From NCBI GenBank assembly GCA_036785375.1, contig JAWMAR010000026.1, positions 9,176,001 to 9,240,000 on the forward strand: a stretch of DNA of 64,000 bases, written 5' to 3'. Source of the DNA: Leucoraja ocellata. Lineage: Eukaryota. A model generated the notes under the pieces. It did not search any database and was not told where the DNA came from. It worked only from the letters and a program-made list of their open reading frames with translations. This document shows positions 49,171 through 63,090 of the stretch, in pieces. Each line of letters opens with the position of its first letter. The stretch's first letter is position 1. The position numbers were made by a program, and so were the translations under genes.

Positions 49171-51007
49171 TGAGGAATGGGTGCTCAATAGTTTATACAC
49201 TAATGCTCCAGTAAATGGTTTCTTATTTTTCTGATTATCCAAAAGAAAAGCATTGTTTAACTTGATTATGTAGATTGCAACTGAAGTGAAAAAAAATGGA
49301 AGTTAAGAGGAACATTTTAGTTGCTTGCATTCTTAATTTTGAGTTTTTTTATTAACTCTGGGAAACTACTGAGTAAAATAAAGGCTGTCTTATTTGGTCA
49401 TGGGTAAGGGTTGGGATGGTTGAGTCCTGTTTTGCCTTGGGTTTTCCTGTGTTCTGGTGTTCCCACAGCAACAACATTTGACTGTTCAGACGTTTGAAAG
49501 TCAAATGGCACTTGTTTAATCACGTGGGATTTTAAAATGCTTTTCATGCCATTATAGCTATTTTTTTGTCTTATTAATTATGCAAAAGACTTCACCAGTA
49601 AGTGCTGTGCAGTTCAAAGTTTCTTCTATTTGTTGCATGACAAAAGTTTCAAAATGACTGGAGACGTATAGAAGGTAGTAAATGCTTTATTATGCTTATA
49701 TTTTCCCATTTTGTTTTCTGTAATGTTGCAGGTGTTTTTCTTAGAATTATATGTTGGGGGAAAAAATAGTTGTAAATTGTAATGAGTTTGGCAATGACAT
49801 ACATACAGGCATTCAAATTTATCATTGCTAGATTTTACTAATATTGTTCCCTCATCAGCTCTCACTACAAAGTTACCTCAATTATAAAATTGTCTAGCAA
49901 TTGTAATGCATGTACACAAATATTTCATCAGCAGTTTGTGCACAGTATAACATTTTGAAAGTTGCACCTTTAAAGCAAAGTGTGGGTTTGGCATTAACTA
50001 TAATGGTGTGTCTTTTTCTTTAAAAAGACGAACTAAAGTAAGTTTTTCAATTTATTTTTGGTTCTATTGGTAAAAGTTGAAATCTCAAGCGCTCTAAGCC
50101 CATGAATTCTGTACTGATTATATTAAGATTTTCAGTATATTATCACAAATGTTTTTCTATCAATTGGTATATATTCTACAGGCAGTGAGCAAATAGCTGG
50201 GCTTATTTTACTTTTGCAATGAACGAATTTCAGTTTAAATGTGCTAAATAGATTTCATTTTGTTCACAAGAATGAAGATGGGCAATCTCTGCTGTGCTCC
50301 ATGAAAGAAAAATTATTATTTAGCTTTGTGCTTCACAAAATGGAGGATTTTGAGTGAAGTCATAGCTACATTGGCAAGCCATTATTTATTTTTCAGGATC
50401 GGAGCTTCACTGGTAAGATGGCATTTTGCCCTTGTTTAGTTGCTGTTGAGAATGTGGTGGAGGGCACCACCTTGAATTGCTGCAGTGTTTCAGTTATGAA
50501 GGTACTCCCACAGTGCTGTTGGGGAGGATTACACTATTTAGACCCAACAGTGATAAAGAACTGTTGACATAATTTCCAAATCTAAATTAATTGTGACTTT
50601 CTAACAGCGGAGAAGAAACTGTTCCTATATCTGTTGGTACGTGATTTGGGGAGAGAAAATGAGGCCATGACCAGGGTGTAAATGGTTCTTTATTTAGTTG
50701 GCTGAATCCCTGAGGCAGTGTAGAGTTGATAGTGGCCAGACTAGTTCTAGAAGTAACTGGGCTAGATCCCAGACTGGGTTTATTGGAGCTGCCACACACG
50801 TAGATTACATCTACCACACACGTAATCCAGGCACCCATGAGCTATGACTTGTAGATAGTGGAAAGGCTTTGAGGTGTCATGAGGTGAGACATTTACTGCA
50901 GATACTGCTCCTCTGATCAACTACCGGGTCTAATTGAGTTTCTGGTCAACGGTGACCCGGGTATGCTGATGGTGAGGGTCAACGGTGACCCGGGTATGCT
51001 GATGGTG

Positions 51008-51817
51008 ACGGTGATGAAACAAAATACAGAGCGGAGGTGCAGAACCTGGCGGACTGGTGCGCACGTAACAACTTGTCACTAAACACCTCCAAGACCAAGG
51101 AGCTGATTATTGACTTCAGGAGGTCCCATAATGGAGAATACGCCCCAATCTCCATTTACGGGGAAAGTGTGGAGAGAGTGTCTAGCTTTAAGTTTCTGGG
51201 CACTCACATTTCAGAGGACCTCACATGGTCTACCAACACTGTTGCGCTGGTCAAGAAGGCACAGCAACAACTGTTCTTCCTGAGGACATTAAAAAAAGAC
51301 TGGTCTGCCCCAACAGCTGCTGACAACGTTCTACCGCTGCACCACAGAGAGCATATTAACGTATGGCATCTCTGTGTGGTATGTCAGCTGCACGGAGGCG
51401 GAGAGGAGAGCTCTTCAGTGCGTCGTCCACAGTGTGCAGAGGATTATTGGGACACAGCTACCAGCCTTGGAGGGCATCTACCACACACGGTGCCTCAGGA
51501 AGGCCGTCAGCATCCATAAAGACTCCTCACACCCTTGTAACGGACTGTTCGAACTACTTCCCTCCGGCAGACGTTACAAGGCCTTCTACGCCCGAACCTC
51601 CAGACTCAGAAACAGCTTTATTCCCAGAGCTATAGCGGCTCTGAACCGGCCCTGCTGAGTGCCCCCCATCCCGCCTGGACTGTCTCCCTCGGATGGTCAC
51701 GTCACACAGCTTATTTATTTATTTTACTTTTCTTTTACATCGGTTGGAAACTGCATACTAAATCTCGTTGCACTGATGTGCAATGACAATAAAATATTAT
51801 TATTATTATTATTATTA
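51008..51817 (+). mobile_element. Young 5'-truncated Rex1/Babar-type LINE
   Basis: WCARNNLSLNTSKTKELIIDFRR...FKFLGTHISEDLTW...DSSHPCNGLFELLPSGRRY...SFIPRAIAALN*, with a single frameshift in an A-run at about 51291; tail ATGACAATAAA(ATT)n. Confidence 0.9.
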
Positions 51818-53525
51818 AGAAAGCAGTATTGCCATATAACTGACTCGATGCTCTCTAATTGGAGATTGGTTAACATTTTTGTGATGGAAATGTTATTTGC
51901 CACTTCTCAGCCATTGGTCAGGTCTTGCTGCAGGTTTTGTTTATTGAATCGTTTCAAATGGAATTGAAAATTGTTCAATTGTTAGAATATTCCAATGTAG
52001 TGACCTTATGACAGAAGGAATGTCCTTGTAGAAACTGTTGAAGGTGGTTGAGTCTCTCTCATTTCCCTGAGGAACTCCTGGATCTGGAATGATTGACTTC
52101 CTGCAAACACTGCCATCTTCCTTTGACGAGGTACGAGTCCAGTAAGTGGAGTATTTCCTCCTTGATGCCAATTGATTTCAATTTTGCCAGGGCTGAGTTT
52201 TTGGCCAAATGATGTCTTGACGCCAGGAAAAGACGGCACAGTCACACTTGCCTCACTTCTTAAATTCAGTCATTTTTTCTATGTATGTATGTATAAATGC
52301 TGTGACGAGTGCTGGGAATCAGTAAGTAGATTATTGATGAACAAGTGATCTGTAATTAAGTTTGACGATTCCGAGGGTTGTCTACGTCCTATCTGTACAC
52401 CTTAACAGGATGATATTTATTGTCTAATTATGTGGTCTTTACCGTGCCTAAATCGTTACTTTGGTCATGCAGGTCTTGGCAATTTCAGTTCATTAATTGC
52501 ATTCATGACGATTGTCAGATTACAGGTAAATGTTTTAGAAATTTTTGAGTGTCAAAACTATTTAGGACATGCCCTCAAGTTTGATTCTTTTCACAGCAGT
52601 TTTTAAAAATCAGTCCATTTGAAATGATTTTTATTTTCTTGGTTACTTTGTCAGTTTAAGCGTGCAAACAATAATGAACCCATTGCAGATGATTCTTGCA
52701 TAGATGATGGGCAGTGAAAATTGGAAACTTACATTGCAAGCATGTCTGATGTGAGATTTCAGCTGAAGCAAAAGGTGTTCTTGATGTAGGTGGCACAGAA
52801 GTCAAAGATAAAAAAACACCTTGAGACAAGAGGTTTCCTTGCTCCAGAGAACAAGCATGATCTGTTGCAACATGGGGTTTTGGAAGTAGTTGTATAATGT
52901 AGTTTTTACATTATAACTAAATTCAATTCAATGCAAAATATACTCAAGAAAAATATTTGGTCAAATTATCACTTTGGGTGCAAAAGGTGAGATATTTCCA
53001 AGCGTCTAGAATAGTTTAATGTTTTTTTTAGATGCATTTTGCGGTTTTTAATTTTGTTTCATGTTGTCCATCATGCTGATACTATTGTGAGCTCACACCA
53101 TCCACTTTTTATTTGATCAGTACTAGTGTCTAGATTAGTGTTCAGCCTATAGTTATTTGTAAACCTGAAATTGGACATTTCTTTGAAGGAAATATTTTTT
53201 ATTATCGGCAAAAGTGATAAAAAGGTTGGAGGGAGGGAATTAATGTGGGGTGGTTTTGGGTAATAGCATAATTCATTATAGTTTGTGGTTGACTTGTTAA
53301 GAACTTATCTAAATATTTCCATGAAATAATTAGTGCTTCATGGTTGATTACTTGATCAGTGTGGTGTTAGATTGCACCTCGGGTCTTGCAAGAGCAAGCT
53401 TAATAAATTGTTCTATATTTTACTTTTCCAGTATGCTATCTCAGTAAGCTAGATGCAAATATAAAATTAACGCACGACATTCCAATTGGGATGCATATGT
53501 GGAGAAGTAGCATTGTAATGTTACA

Positions 53526-53644
53526 CGTCTTCAGACTCTGAAGAAAGGTCCCCTATTCTTTCTCTCCAGAGATGCTGCCTGAGCTACACCAGCTTTTTTG
53601 TGTCTATCTTCGGTTTAAACCAGCATCTGCAGTTCCTTCCTACA
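53526..53644 (+). mobile_element. Truncated copy of the palindromic Penelope-derived element
   Basis: Hairpin centre CTTCAGACTCTGAAG and right arm ending CAGCATCTGCAGTTCCTTCCTACA; 15-bp TSD CATTGT(A/G)ATGTTACA at 53511-53525 and 53645-53659. Confidence 0.75.
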
Positions 53645-54790
53645 CATTGTGATGTTACAGTTCCACTTCAAAGCAGACAATCTTAGTCCTGTCAGTATAC
53701 AGTGTCTCATCTGCACCATCAGTAAGACTTCTGGGAACCAAGAACATCCTGAGAACCATGAGCCTTCAGTGCAGAACAGAAAAAAAAACTCTTTTCATCT
53801 GGTTATTGATTAAATTACTTTTAATGGCTTTTAATTGGTTGATAAAATATTTGCACACTCGTGCTTCTTGAATGTTACACGTTGATCTATGTTCATGCTC
53901 CCAGGTAATAACGTCAAGAAATGTAACAAATCTTGCAGCACACTAGGGAATGTAACAGTCGTGTGCTGAGTTGGTTATCTAGGACCTCTCCGAACCTAAA
54001 TCTCAAATTTATTACGTCAATGCGTTTGAAAATGGTTTAGATTGGTGTTTTTCTTTGTAAATAATTCCTCTTTTTGTGCCTCTATAGAGCAAAATTTTCT
54101 GAAATACTTCTGGAATCTCTCTAGTCCTGGTCAAAATTATGATTTTGAGTTTTTTGGGGGGAATTGTTAGATTATTTAACAACTTTTAGTTTCCGTTTTG
54201 ATGCTTGTAATTATAATTTTATATCCACTATAAGGAAGGTACTATAACACCATTTAGAAAACATTAAGAGATGTATATGGATAGGAAAGGTTTAGAGGGA
54301 TTTTTGGCGGGCAGGTGGGACTGGTGCGGATAAGACGTTTTGGTTGGAATGGGCAAGTTGGCCCGATGGGCTCATTTCCATGCTATATGACTGATTTGTA
54401 GCCTCATCACCTTTCTTAAGTGGAATTTGTCTGGTGCTGCTCTGCCATTGATTGTTTTTAGGGTCTTGATTTGTAAGTCCAACGTTAGACAAAATGGCAG
54501 TTCAGTGGAGTCAGATTCATGCTTGCAACTTAAAAACAAACCCATTCTTCATCCAAACCTGCAGAATTTGAATCCTGTTAATGTTGTGGAGATATAAAGA
54601 TTGAGCTATTTCCTAGGTTGTTTAGAAATACATAAGTTCCAGTATATATGCTGGATATATAGCATATATAGAAAAAGCCATTTATAGGTGTGTAAATTTG
54701 TCTTCATGAAAAATACATATTAAATGTATACACAGTTCCTAAATTCCTTGGAACAGAATACTTGAGATAATGTACTCTTTTCACTTGCAG

Positions 54791-54898
54791 ATTGTGAACA
54801 GGCACGGCCCCGAGGCAGACAGATATTTGTTACGCTGTCTATTCTCGCATGTGGATTTCAGTGGCGATGGTAAAAGTAGCGGCAAAGATTTCCATCAG
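54791..54898 (+). CDS. CNOT1: CCR4-NOT transcription complex subunit 1, second coding exon
   Basis: TTGCAG|ATT...CAG|GTATTG, 108 nt, [36 protein letters not shown]; in phase with the first coding exon. Confidence 0.97.
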
Positions 54899-55450
54899 GT
54901 ATTGAAATCCTTTATTTTCAAGTGGATGTATTTTGAAGAGCAGGATTTATGGGCTGTGTGGATCTGTTCTGTCCTTCAGTATGATATGGGCATCACATTC
55001 CTCAACTCATCCGATTTCTCTTGAATATGATTTATAGTTTTGTCTTAAATATTCTCACAGTCTGAGCCTCCACAGTCCTCTTGGGTGTATATGTCTAGAG
55101 ACACACTTCCATAGTACAGAAATTCTATTTTGTTTGTTCACGAATGGCCAAATCCTTATTTTGAGTTTGAATGTTGGTTCTATAATTTTGTATATTTCAA
55201 TAACATTGCTTCGCGATCTTAACTTAATAGATATCGGCTTGGCCCATGTCATCTTTACCCCAATGGAAAATAACCCATTTCCGTAGATGAAGATTGCACT
55301 GTTAGCTGAGGGCTGAGCAGGCACAATGGTTAAGTTTCAAGACTAGCAACCAGATGATCATGAGTTCAAATCCCACCGTAGATGAAGTTAATGCCTGGAT
55401 TTGGGGGAGTTAGCTATAGAAAGAGGTTGGACAGACTTAGATTGGTTTAT

Positions 55451-55730
55451 GGCACACAGTGGCTCAGAGGTAGAATTGCTGCCTTACGGCAGCAGAGATC
55501 CGTGTTCAATCCTGACTACGGTGCTGTCTGTGTGGAGTTTGTACATTCTTCCTGTGACCGCGTGGGTTTTTTCTGGGTGCTCCGGCTTCTACCCACACTC
55601 CAACGTTAGGTTTGTAGCTTAATTGGGTTCTGTTAATTGCAAATTGTCCTGAGTGTGATGAATAGTGCTGGTTTTCAGGGTGATTGTGAGCCGAAGGCCC
55701 TGTTTCCATACTGTATCTAAAGCCTAAAAT
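55451..55730 (+). mobile_element. HE1-like V-SINE
   Basis: GGCACACAGTGGCTCAGAGGTAGA head, V-domain GTGGAGTTTGTACATTCTTCCTGTGACCGCGTGGG, tail GCCGAAGGCCCTGTTTCC. Confidence 0.85.
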
Positions 55731-57049
55731 CTGTTGCAAAAATATCCTTTCTTGCGATAACATTTGCATGCACCATTCCAGGTATGGGCTCATTATGTTC
55801 CTGTGTAATAACATGTCTTGTATACAAATTCCCTTGTAGCAAAGACCCACATAAAGATATCCTTGCTCAGTGCTTGCTGAATCTGTAGAGTGACTATTAG
55901 TTATTTGTGTGCAAGCCAGCCAGGTCCTGTTCAACACTACCACCTCACCATTTAAACAAAGTACTCTGCTCTTCTATTTCACAAGAGATTGTGTTAATTG
56001 GCTTTTCTGCCACTTTTCTTCCTGTTTGTTTATTGCCTTTTGTACTATACGGACAATAAAGAGAACAATGAGAAAAACGTTTCACGTTTTGTAGCTATAA
56101 ATTGGACCTTGAACAAAGGGAGGTATAATGGGCAATTGCAACAAAACTGGACCAATTGTAACTGACAAAACACCTGGCACTTTTGTCTGTGATTTTTGGA
56201 GGGAAGGACTTAAAGTTCCTTTCAAAGGAGAGAGTCTCTTGTAATCTAAATATCAAAACTACAGGTTCAGTGGCCTGAGAGCTGTAATACAAACAAGACC
56301 AGTTTCCATTTTCTTAAATGAAATAGAAGTCTTACAAGGACATTAATGGGAATGGAGGGATTGAGTGATAAGGAGATACTGTTTGGCTGGGGCTTTTTAC
56401 TTTGGAGCATAGGACGCTGAGGGATGATCTTATAGAGAGATACGAAATCATGAGGGATATCAATAAGACACTCACTCTCCCTATCACGTGCCGTCCCTCT
56501 CTTTTCACATATCTGAACTTTTAGAATGCTTATTTCCCATTAATTACGTCAATATTTTAATCCTCGATCCTGTAAAGTTTGAAACGTGCTGCTCTTTTTA
56601 AATGACTAAATATCTTTACTTTGATCTGACATCTTTAATTTTCGATGTTAGCCATAATTAGGGACTGCCATTTCTGCTCTGTTTTGTGCCTTGGTCACAA
56701 TTATATTAATTAGCCATTGCTTGTTGCTTGTCATGCCTTTTTGAAGAATGATAAATTTCATGAATATTAAGTAACCTGTACTAATTGCGCAGTAATGGTT
56801 CCAAAGTAGTTTGGGCCCAATTTGATTTTGCAGCACATTGATAGATACATAGAAAATATGTGCAGGAGTAGGCCATTCGGCCCTTCGAACCAGCACCGCC
56901 AATCAGAATAGTACTTTAGTTGCCAAGTATGTTTTTCAACCTACGAGGAATTTCATTTGCAAGTCAGTCATACACATAAAAGGAACAGAACACCCAAAAA
57001 AACATTTTAACATGAACATCCACCACAGTGACTCCTACACAATCTTCAC

Positions 57050-58363
57050 TAATTTTGGGAAAAAAACCCCATCATTTATTTATTTGCCTCTGTACTCCAT
57101 CATTTGAGGTTTTTATTAGAAAAAAATCACATGTGGTTAAAGTGTAAATTTTCAGATTTTAATAGAAGGCCATTTTTATACATTTTGTTTTCACCATGTA
57201 GAAATTACATCAGTGTTTTTCGTAGTACCCACATTTCAGGGCATCATAATGTTTGGGACACAGCAATGTAATGTAAATGAAAGTAGTCATGTTTAGTATT
57301 TTGTTGCATGTGCTTTGCATTCAATGACTGCTTGAAGTCAGCGTTTCATGAACATCACCAGTTGCTGGGTGCCTTCTCTGGTGATGCTCTGCCAGGCCTG
57401 TATTGCAGCCATCTTTAGCTTATGCTTGTTTTGGGGGCTATTCCCCTTCAGTTTTATCTTCAGCATATAAAAGGCATGCCCAATTGGGTTCAGATCGGGT
57501 GATTGACTTGGCCACTCAAGAATTGACAATTATTTAGCTTTGAAAAACTTCTTTGTTGCTTTAGCATTATGTTTGGAATCATTGTCTTGGCAAGCTGTAA
57601 CCTGGCCATCCTATTTTTGCAGCTAACTAGTGGTTTGCATCTTGCAATGTAGCCTCTTTATTTCTGTTCATGAAGTCTTCTGCGGGCAGTGGTCATTGAG
57701 AAATCTACACCTTGACTCCCGAAGAGAGTTTCTTATCTGTCGGACAGGTGTTTGGGGGTTTTCCTTTATTATAGAGGGTATTCTTCTGTCATCAGCTGTG
57801 GAGGTCTTCCTTGGCTTGCCAGTCTCTTTGCGATTAGTAAGCTCACCAGTGCTCTGTTTCTTCTTAATGATGTTCCAAACAGTTGATTTTGGTAAGCCTA
57901 AGGTTTGGCTGATGTCTATAACAGTTTTATTCTTGTTTCCCACTCTAATAATGGCTTCTTTGACTTTCATTGGCACAACTTTGGTTCTCATGTTGATAAA
58001 CAACTATAAAAGTTTCCAAAGGTGATGGAAAGACTGGAGGAAAGACTAGATGCTGAGAGCTCTCTTATACCTGCATTAAGGAGGAAATTAAGCACACCTG
58101 AGCAATAACAAATGCATGGGAAGTCATATGTCCCATCCATTATGGTGCCCTGAAATGGGGGGGGGGGGGGGGAACTATGTATAAACACTGCTGTAATTTC
58201 TACATGATGAAACCAACATGTATAAAAATACCCTTTAATAAAATCTGACAATGTGCACTTTAACCACATGTGATTTTTTTTTTTTTTTAATGACATCTCA
58301 AAATGTGGAGTACAGAGGCAAATAAATGATGGGTCTTTGTTCCAAACATTATGGAGGACACTG
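57050..58363 (-). mobile_element. Tc1-family transposon with long IR/DR-type inverted repeats and an internally deleted transposase
   Basis: HTH region (ISQTLGLPKSTVWNIIKK...GKPRKT) at 57668-58003 and WPSQSPDLNPI at 57338-57529; roughly 210-235 bp inverted repeats; right end ...GGACACTG|TA; left tip obscured by a LINE tail. Confidence 0.9.
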
Positions 58364-59140
58364 TAACCTGTCCAAATCCCTTAAGAATTTGATATGTTTC
58401 TCTAAGATACCCTCTCATCCTAAATTCCTGTGAATATTTGTAATTTGTAATTTTATTTATTTAGGGGGACAGTGCATATTAATAAACATTTACATGTAAT
58501 ACGCAAGATTGTAGCCAGTAGCTAATTTCCATCTTTAGTCCCTCTGGTAAACAAGGTAAACACATCACAACACAATATAAACTTAGTTGATCCATTCTGT
58601 CATCATATGTCAGTCCCGCAATCCCAGGAATTAACCTGGTGAACCTACGCAGCACTCCCTCAAGAGCAAGAATGTCTGTCCTCAAATTAGGAGACTAAAG
58701 CTGCACACAACACTCCAGGTGTGGTCTCACCAGGACACTGTACAACTGCAATAGGACTTCCTTGCTCCGATGCAGTTGCTTCTCGGCCTACTGTTCCAAT
58801 AAACACATCGAAAATATCGCATGTCGAAAACACATTTGATACAATGAGATCACGTGACCGTAAGTGATATGCGGCTTGCTGCCGTTGACAAGCGTTTTCA
58901 TCATCGTAAAGTAAAAATATTGTAAGTCGAAGCATCGTAAATCGGGGAGCAACTGTACTCAAATCCTCTTGCTATGAAGGCCAACATGCCATTTGCTTTC
59001 TTCACTGCCTGCTGTACCTGCATGCTTACTTTCAGTGACCGATATACAAGGACACCCAAGACTCGTTGCACCTCCCCATTTCCTAATCTGACATCATTCG
59101 GATAATAATCTGCCGCCTTGTTTTTGCCACCAAAGTGGAT
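58364..59140 (-). mobile_element. CR1 RT fragment with a nested L2-like tail (about 58436-58578) and a MITE
   Basis: DILALEGVLRRFTRLIPG and QQAVKKANGMLAFIARGFEY on either side of the inserts. Confidence 0.8.
58773..58955. mobile_element. pogo/Tigger-type MITE
   Basis: TIRs CAGTTGCTTCTCGG and TCGGGGAGCAACTG; flanks TG and TA (a TA TSD with one change); the CR1 sequence continues on both sides. Confidence 0.75.
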
Positions 59141-60654
59141 CCAGTAAACCATTTTATATGCATTCCATGAATTCATCCTCATTATCACTGCCAATTTGGT
59201 TTATCTAGTCAACATATTAGTCTCCCAAAATTATTGTACATGCAGCCTCTAACTTCCTGACTTTGCTTTGGATTGCCATTACAGTTGCACAACTCTCCTG
59301 GCAAGGTATTTAGTTTAATGTTGGTTTGTAGCTCCATCAAACTAATTTTGTTTAGTTGGAAAATCAAAGTTATTTGTCTTTTTCTTCTCCCATTCTTTAG
59401 AAATGCTCTGTCTTCTATTGACCCCAATTTAAGTTTATTTCTAATTCCTAGCCTATAACTCCTGTGTAACTCTAAATCATATCTACACATTGGTCAAGGT
59501 TATTAAATTGTACCCATTTATTTCAATTTGTCATTCATTTATCTTTATTATTCATTTTGTATTAGCTGATATTTGACACTTGTTTCTCATTCCTACTGCC
59601 CCACCTTAAATAATTAGGCAGATTATAATTATCTAGCTATGGTAACTAGCTCCTTCATCTTACTGACATTGAGGGAGAATTTGCAGACACCATGTTGGTA
59701 AATTCTCCATCTCCTTCCTGTACCCTGTCTCATCATTGTTCAAAATCCGGCCCACCAAAGTGGTGTCATCTGCAAACTTAGAGGGAACGAGAGCTAAATT
59801 TGGCTCCTCAGTTGTGAGTATTTAAGGAGTTTAGTAGGAGCTTGGTTAGTAAATTTGCAGGTGACACAAAACAAATACTGTAATTCGGACCTTCAATATG
59901 ATCATGGCTGATCATCCAAAATCAGTACTCCGTTCCTGCTTTCTCCCCATATCCCTTGATTCCATTAGCCCGAAGAGCTATATCTAACTCTCTTGAATAC
60001 ATCAAGAATACATCAAATACATGTTGTATTGCACTGTGATGCTAATGTGCCTTGGAACTGCCAAAAAATAGCTGGTGGAAGTACTGTTAAAAACTATAAG
60101 CAGTCCTTAAAGCTGCTCTGACAATCAACAAAATCTTGGATGATCTTCTAAAATGGTCTTGGTTTCCCACATTCAGATAATCTTTTGTTGCTTTAATGTC
60201 CTTGAATATTTTGTATTCGGTCCAAGCAATCCTCTGGGTTAGGGAATTCAAACCATTCAGTCTTTTAAGCAATGCAAATTTACCTCATCCTGATCCTAAA
60301 TGTGCAATTCTGAGATGGATCTCTTAGTATTTTGCCCGCAGAAAGGAATAATGGGCCCTGATCATTATTCCCTCTGAATATTATGGTTTGCTTCATAAAC
60401 TCCAGGTAAGTCACCTGATATAATAGCCAATTTATCCCAGCAATCAATCTAGTAAACATTTCTTGCATTTTCTCCATCTTGTCTAATGAGACCAAAAGAA
60501 TGGCACAACGATGCAGCTAGTAGAGCTGCTCCATTTAGCTCCAACAACCCAGGTCTGATCCTGACCTGGTGGTGTTTGTGTGGAATTTCCACGCTCTTTG
60601 TATGACTACGTGGGGTTCCTCTGGGTGCTCCAGTTTCTGCTCACACCGCAAAGG

Positions 60655-61129
60655 TCCATCATAACCTATACTTGTACATCGGCAAGACCAAGCGCAGGTT
60701 CGGTGTCGTTTCGCTGACCACCTCTGCTCAGTCTGCCTTAACCTACCTGATCTCCCGGTTACTCAGCACTTTAATTTCCCCTCCCATTCCCAATCTGACT
60801 TTTCTGTCCTGGGCCGCCTCCATTGTCGGAGTGAGGCCCAGCGCAAATTGGAGAAGAAGCACCTCATATTTTGTTTGGGTAGTTTACTATTCAATGGTAT
60901 GAACATTGACTTCTCCAACTTCAAATAGCCCTGGCTTTCCCTCTCTCTCCATCCCCTCCCTCTTCCCAGTTCTCCCACCAGTTTTACTGTCTCGGACTAC
61001 ATTCTATCTCTGTACCACCCACTCCCCTCACATCAGTCTGAAGAAGGGTCTTTACCCGAAGCGTCACCCATTCTCTCCAGAGATGCTGCCTGTCCCGTGA
61101 AGCTACTCCAGCATTTTGGGCCCACCTTC
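60655..61129 (+). mobile_element. Penelope-like element 3' part nested in a V-SINE (about 60500-61320)
   Basis: YIGKTKRR GIY-YIG motif through NIDFSNFK*, then CTGAAGAAGGGTCTTTACCCGAAGCGTC; TSD CAAAGG at 60649-60654 and 61130-61135. Confidence 0.85.
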
Positions 61130-61667
61130 CAAAGGCATGTGGATTGATAGGTTAAATTGGGCACTGTAAATTGTCTCTAAAGTAGTTGTAGAATCTGTGG
61201 GGAGTTGATGGGTATGTGGGGAGAATAAAACCGGTTATGGTGGGATTAATGTAAATGCAGATCCTTAATGTTGCTATGGACTCTAGTCCGAATGGTCTGT
61301 TTCCATGCTGTCTCGCCCTATGAGAACTCTACATGTAGTCTCGCCAAATTTCTAAATAATTAAAGCAAGATATTCTGCGTCCGTTGTAATAAAGACTAGC
61401 ATAAATATTATTTCTTATTTCTTGCAATAACTTCAAGTTAATTGTTTTATTTATGTACTAAATTTCCAACTTCACCTGCATTTCAGTGTTTATTGGTGTG
61501 GCCATTCAAATCAAATATCCTACTTTGCATTCTTCCTTTGGAATAGATAAATTTCACTTCTGCATCCAATTCTCATCTAGCCCAATGGCTTATCCAGGCT
61601 GTAGCATTGCCACTTTCATTTCACTGCACATCTCGTATGTGTATGTGACAAATAAACTTGACTTGAC

Positions 61668-61760
61668 GTAGACAAAAGTGCTGGAGAAACTCAGCGGGTG
61701 CAGCAGCATCTATGGAGCGAAGGAAATAGGCAACGTTTTGGGCCGAAACCCTTCTTCAGA
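61668..61760 (-). mobile_element. Penelope-derived repeat with hammerhead-like core (GAAA mutated to AAAA)
   Basis: Minus strand reads CTGAAGAAGGGTTTCGGCCCAAAACGTTGCC. Confidence 0.7.
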
Positions 61761-62869
61761 GTTTCTTTGTAGTTTCTTTGTATCCTCTTCCAAGTTTACC
61801 TTGGATCATCAACAAATCTTGATACATTATGCTCTATTCGTTTGTCTACGTTATTGATGCATCTTGGAAGGAGTTGAGACCCAGGCAAGTTCTACCAAAG
61901 TACTCTAAAGATTGCACCCTGCTTTTTAAAAAATGATTTGCTTATTCTGGTACTTTACCCAGTCTGCCAGCCAATCCTTGGCCCATGCTAATAGATCAGA
62001 AATGGTTGACCACGTTTGATTGTATCATTTTGGGTGTTCTAAAAATGTGAAAGCAGCTCAAGTAATTTGGCAGGGTTCAAGGAACATTTTCCATACTGTT
62101 TCAACAGATTCCTGGATCTCAGTTTTAAAACGGCAAATTTAATTTACGCTGACATCTGTTACTTTCAAAAGCGAATGAATGTTGTCATTCATTGCACAGA
62201 ACCACTGAAACTAGCATTTAAGGGTGTTATGAGGAAATATTTCCAACAGCTTAGCTGCCTGGATCTCATGGCAGGGAAAATGCAGAAATAGTTTTCTAAC
62301 TTACTGTACTATCCCATCATATGGTGATTGATAGGGTAACACATTGTATAGCAGTCTGTTTACCTTCAAAGAAATTCTATTTGCTTCTAGGGGACATATA
62401 TTTTTATTTGACAGTACATTGCAGCCAAGATATATTACAACCCACTTTTTAATTGAATATCTTTGCACATATGTTCCTATGAGAAAGATCTAATAAAATC
62501 AGACAAATTTAATCATGTGAATTTTTATTTTTACTGTGAGGTATAGTAGTCAGAATATGGATGTAACCGCAGAGTATATTTGTAAATTTTTGTATGCTCA
62601 AATTTTCATAATGGGTTTGATGTTAGCTGTTATACATAACTTGGACAACTTGATGTACAGTTCTCCTCGGAGTCATTGACTTTGTAGTTTAAACATCACG
62701 TTAGTTTTCTAAGCTAACCTGGTAGAGGTTTCAGGCCAGAGAGAGAAAAATAATAATTAATTCCTTTTTTGATTTCTGCTCCAAGGAGTCGGGACAAAAT
62801 GGTGCTGCTTTTGCTGTGAAATGTGCTGTACTGTTCTATGCTCCAAACTGTCCTCACCAATTTAATATT

Positions 62870-63090
62870 TGTAGGAAGGAACTGCAGATGCTAGTTTACA
62901 CCGAAGATAGGGACACAATGCTGGAGTAACTCAGTGGGTTGGCAGCAACTTTGGAGAAAACGAAAAGATGACATTTCGGGTTGAGACCCTTCTTCAGACC
63001 GAAGAAGCGTCTCAACCCGAAACATCACCCATTCCCGTTCTCCAGAGATGCTGCCAGATCCGCTGAGTTATTCAGCATTTCGTTTCTGTC
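62870..63090. mobile_element. Palindromic Penelope-derived short element
   Basis: TTTCGGGTTGAGACCCTTCTTC-AGACC-GAAGAAGCGTCTCAACCCGAAA with arms of about 85 bp; TSD TCA(C/T)CAATTTAAT(A/C)TT at 62854-62869 and 63091-63106. Confidence 0.8.

Noticed and set aside
52473-52525. Cryptic or poison exon in the CNOT1 intron (CAG|...CAG|GTAAAT)
   Set aside because: Weak polypyrimidine tract; such splice-like pairs are expected by chance in 20 kb.
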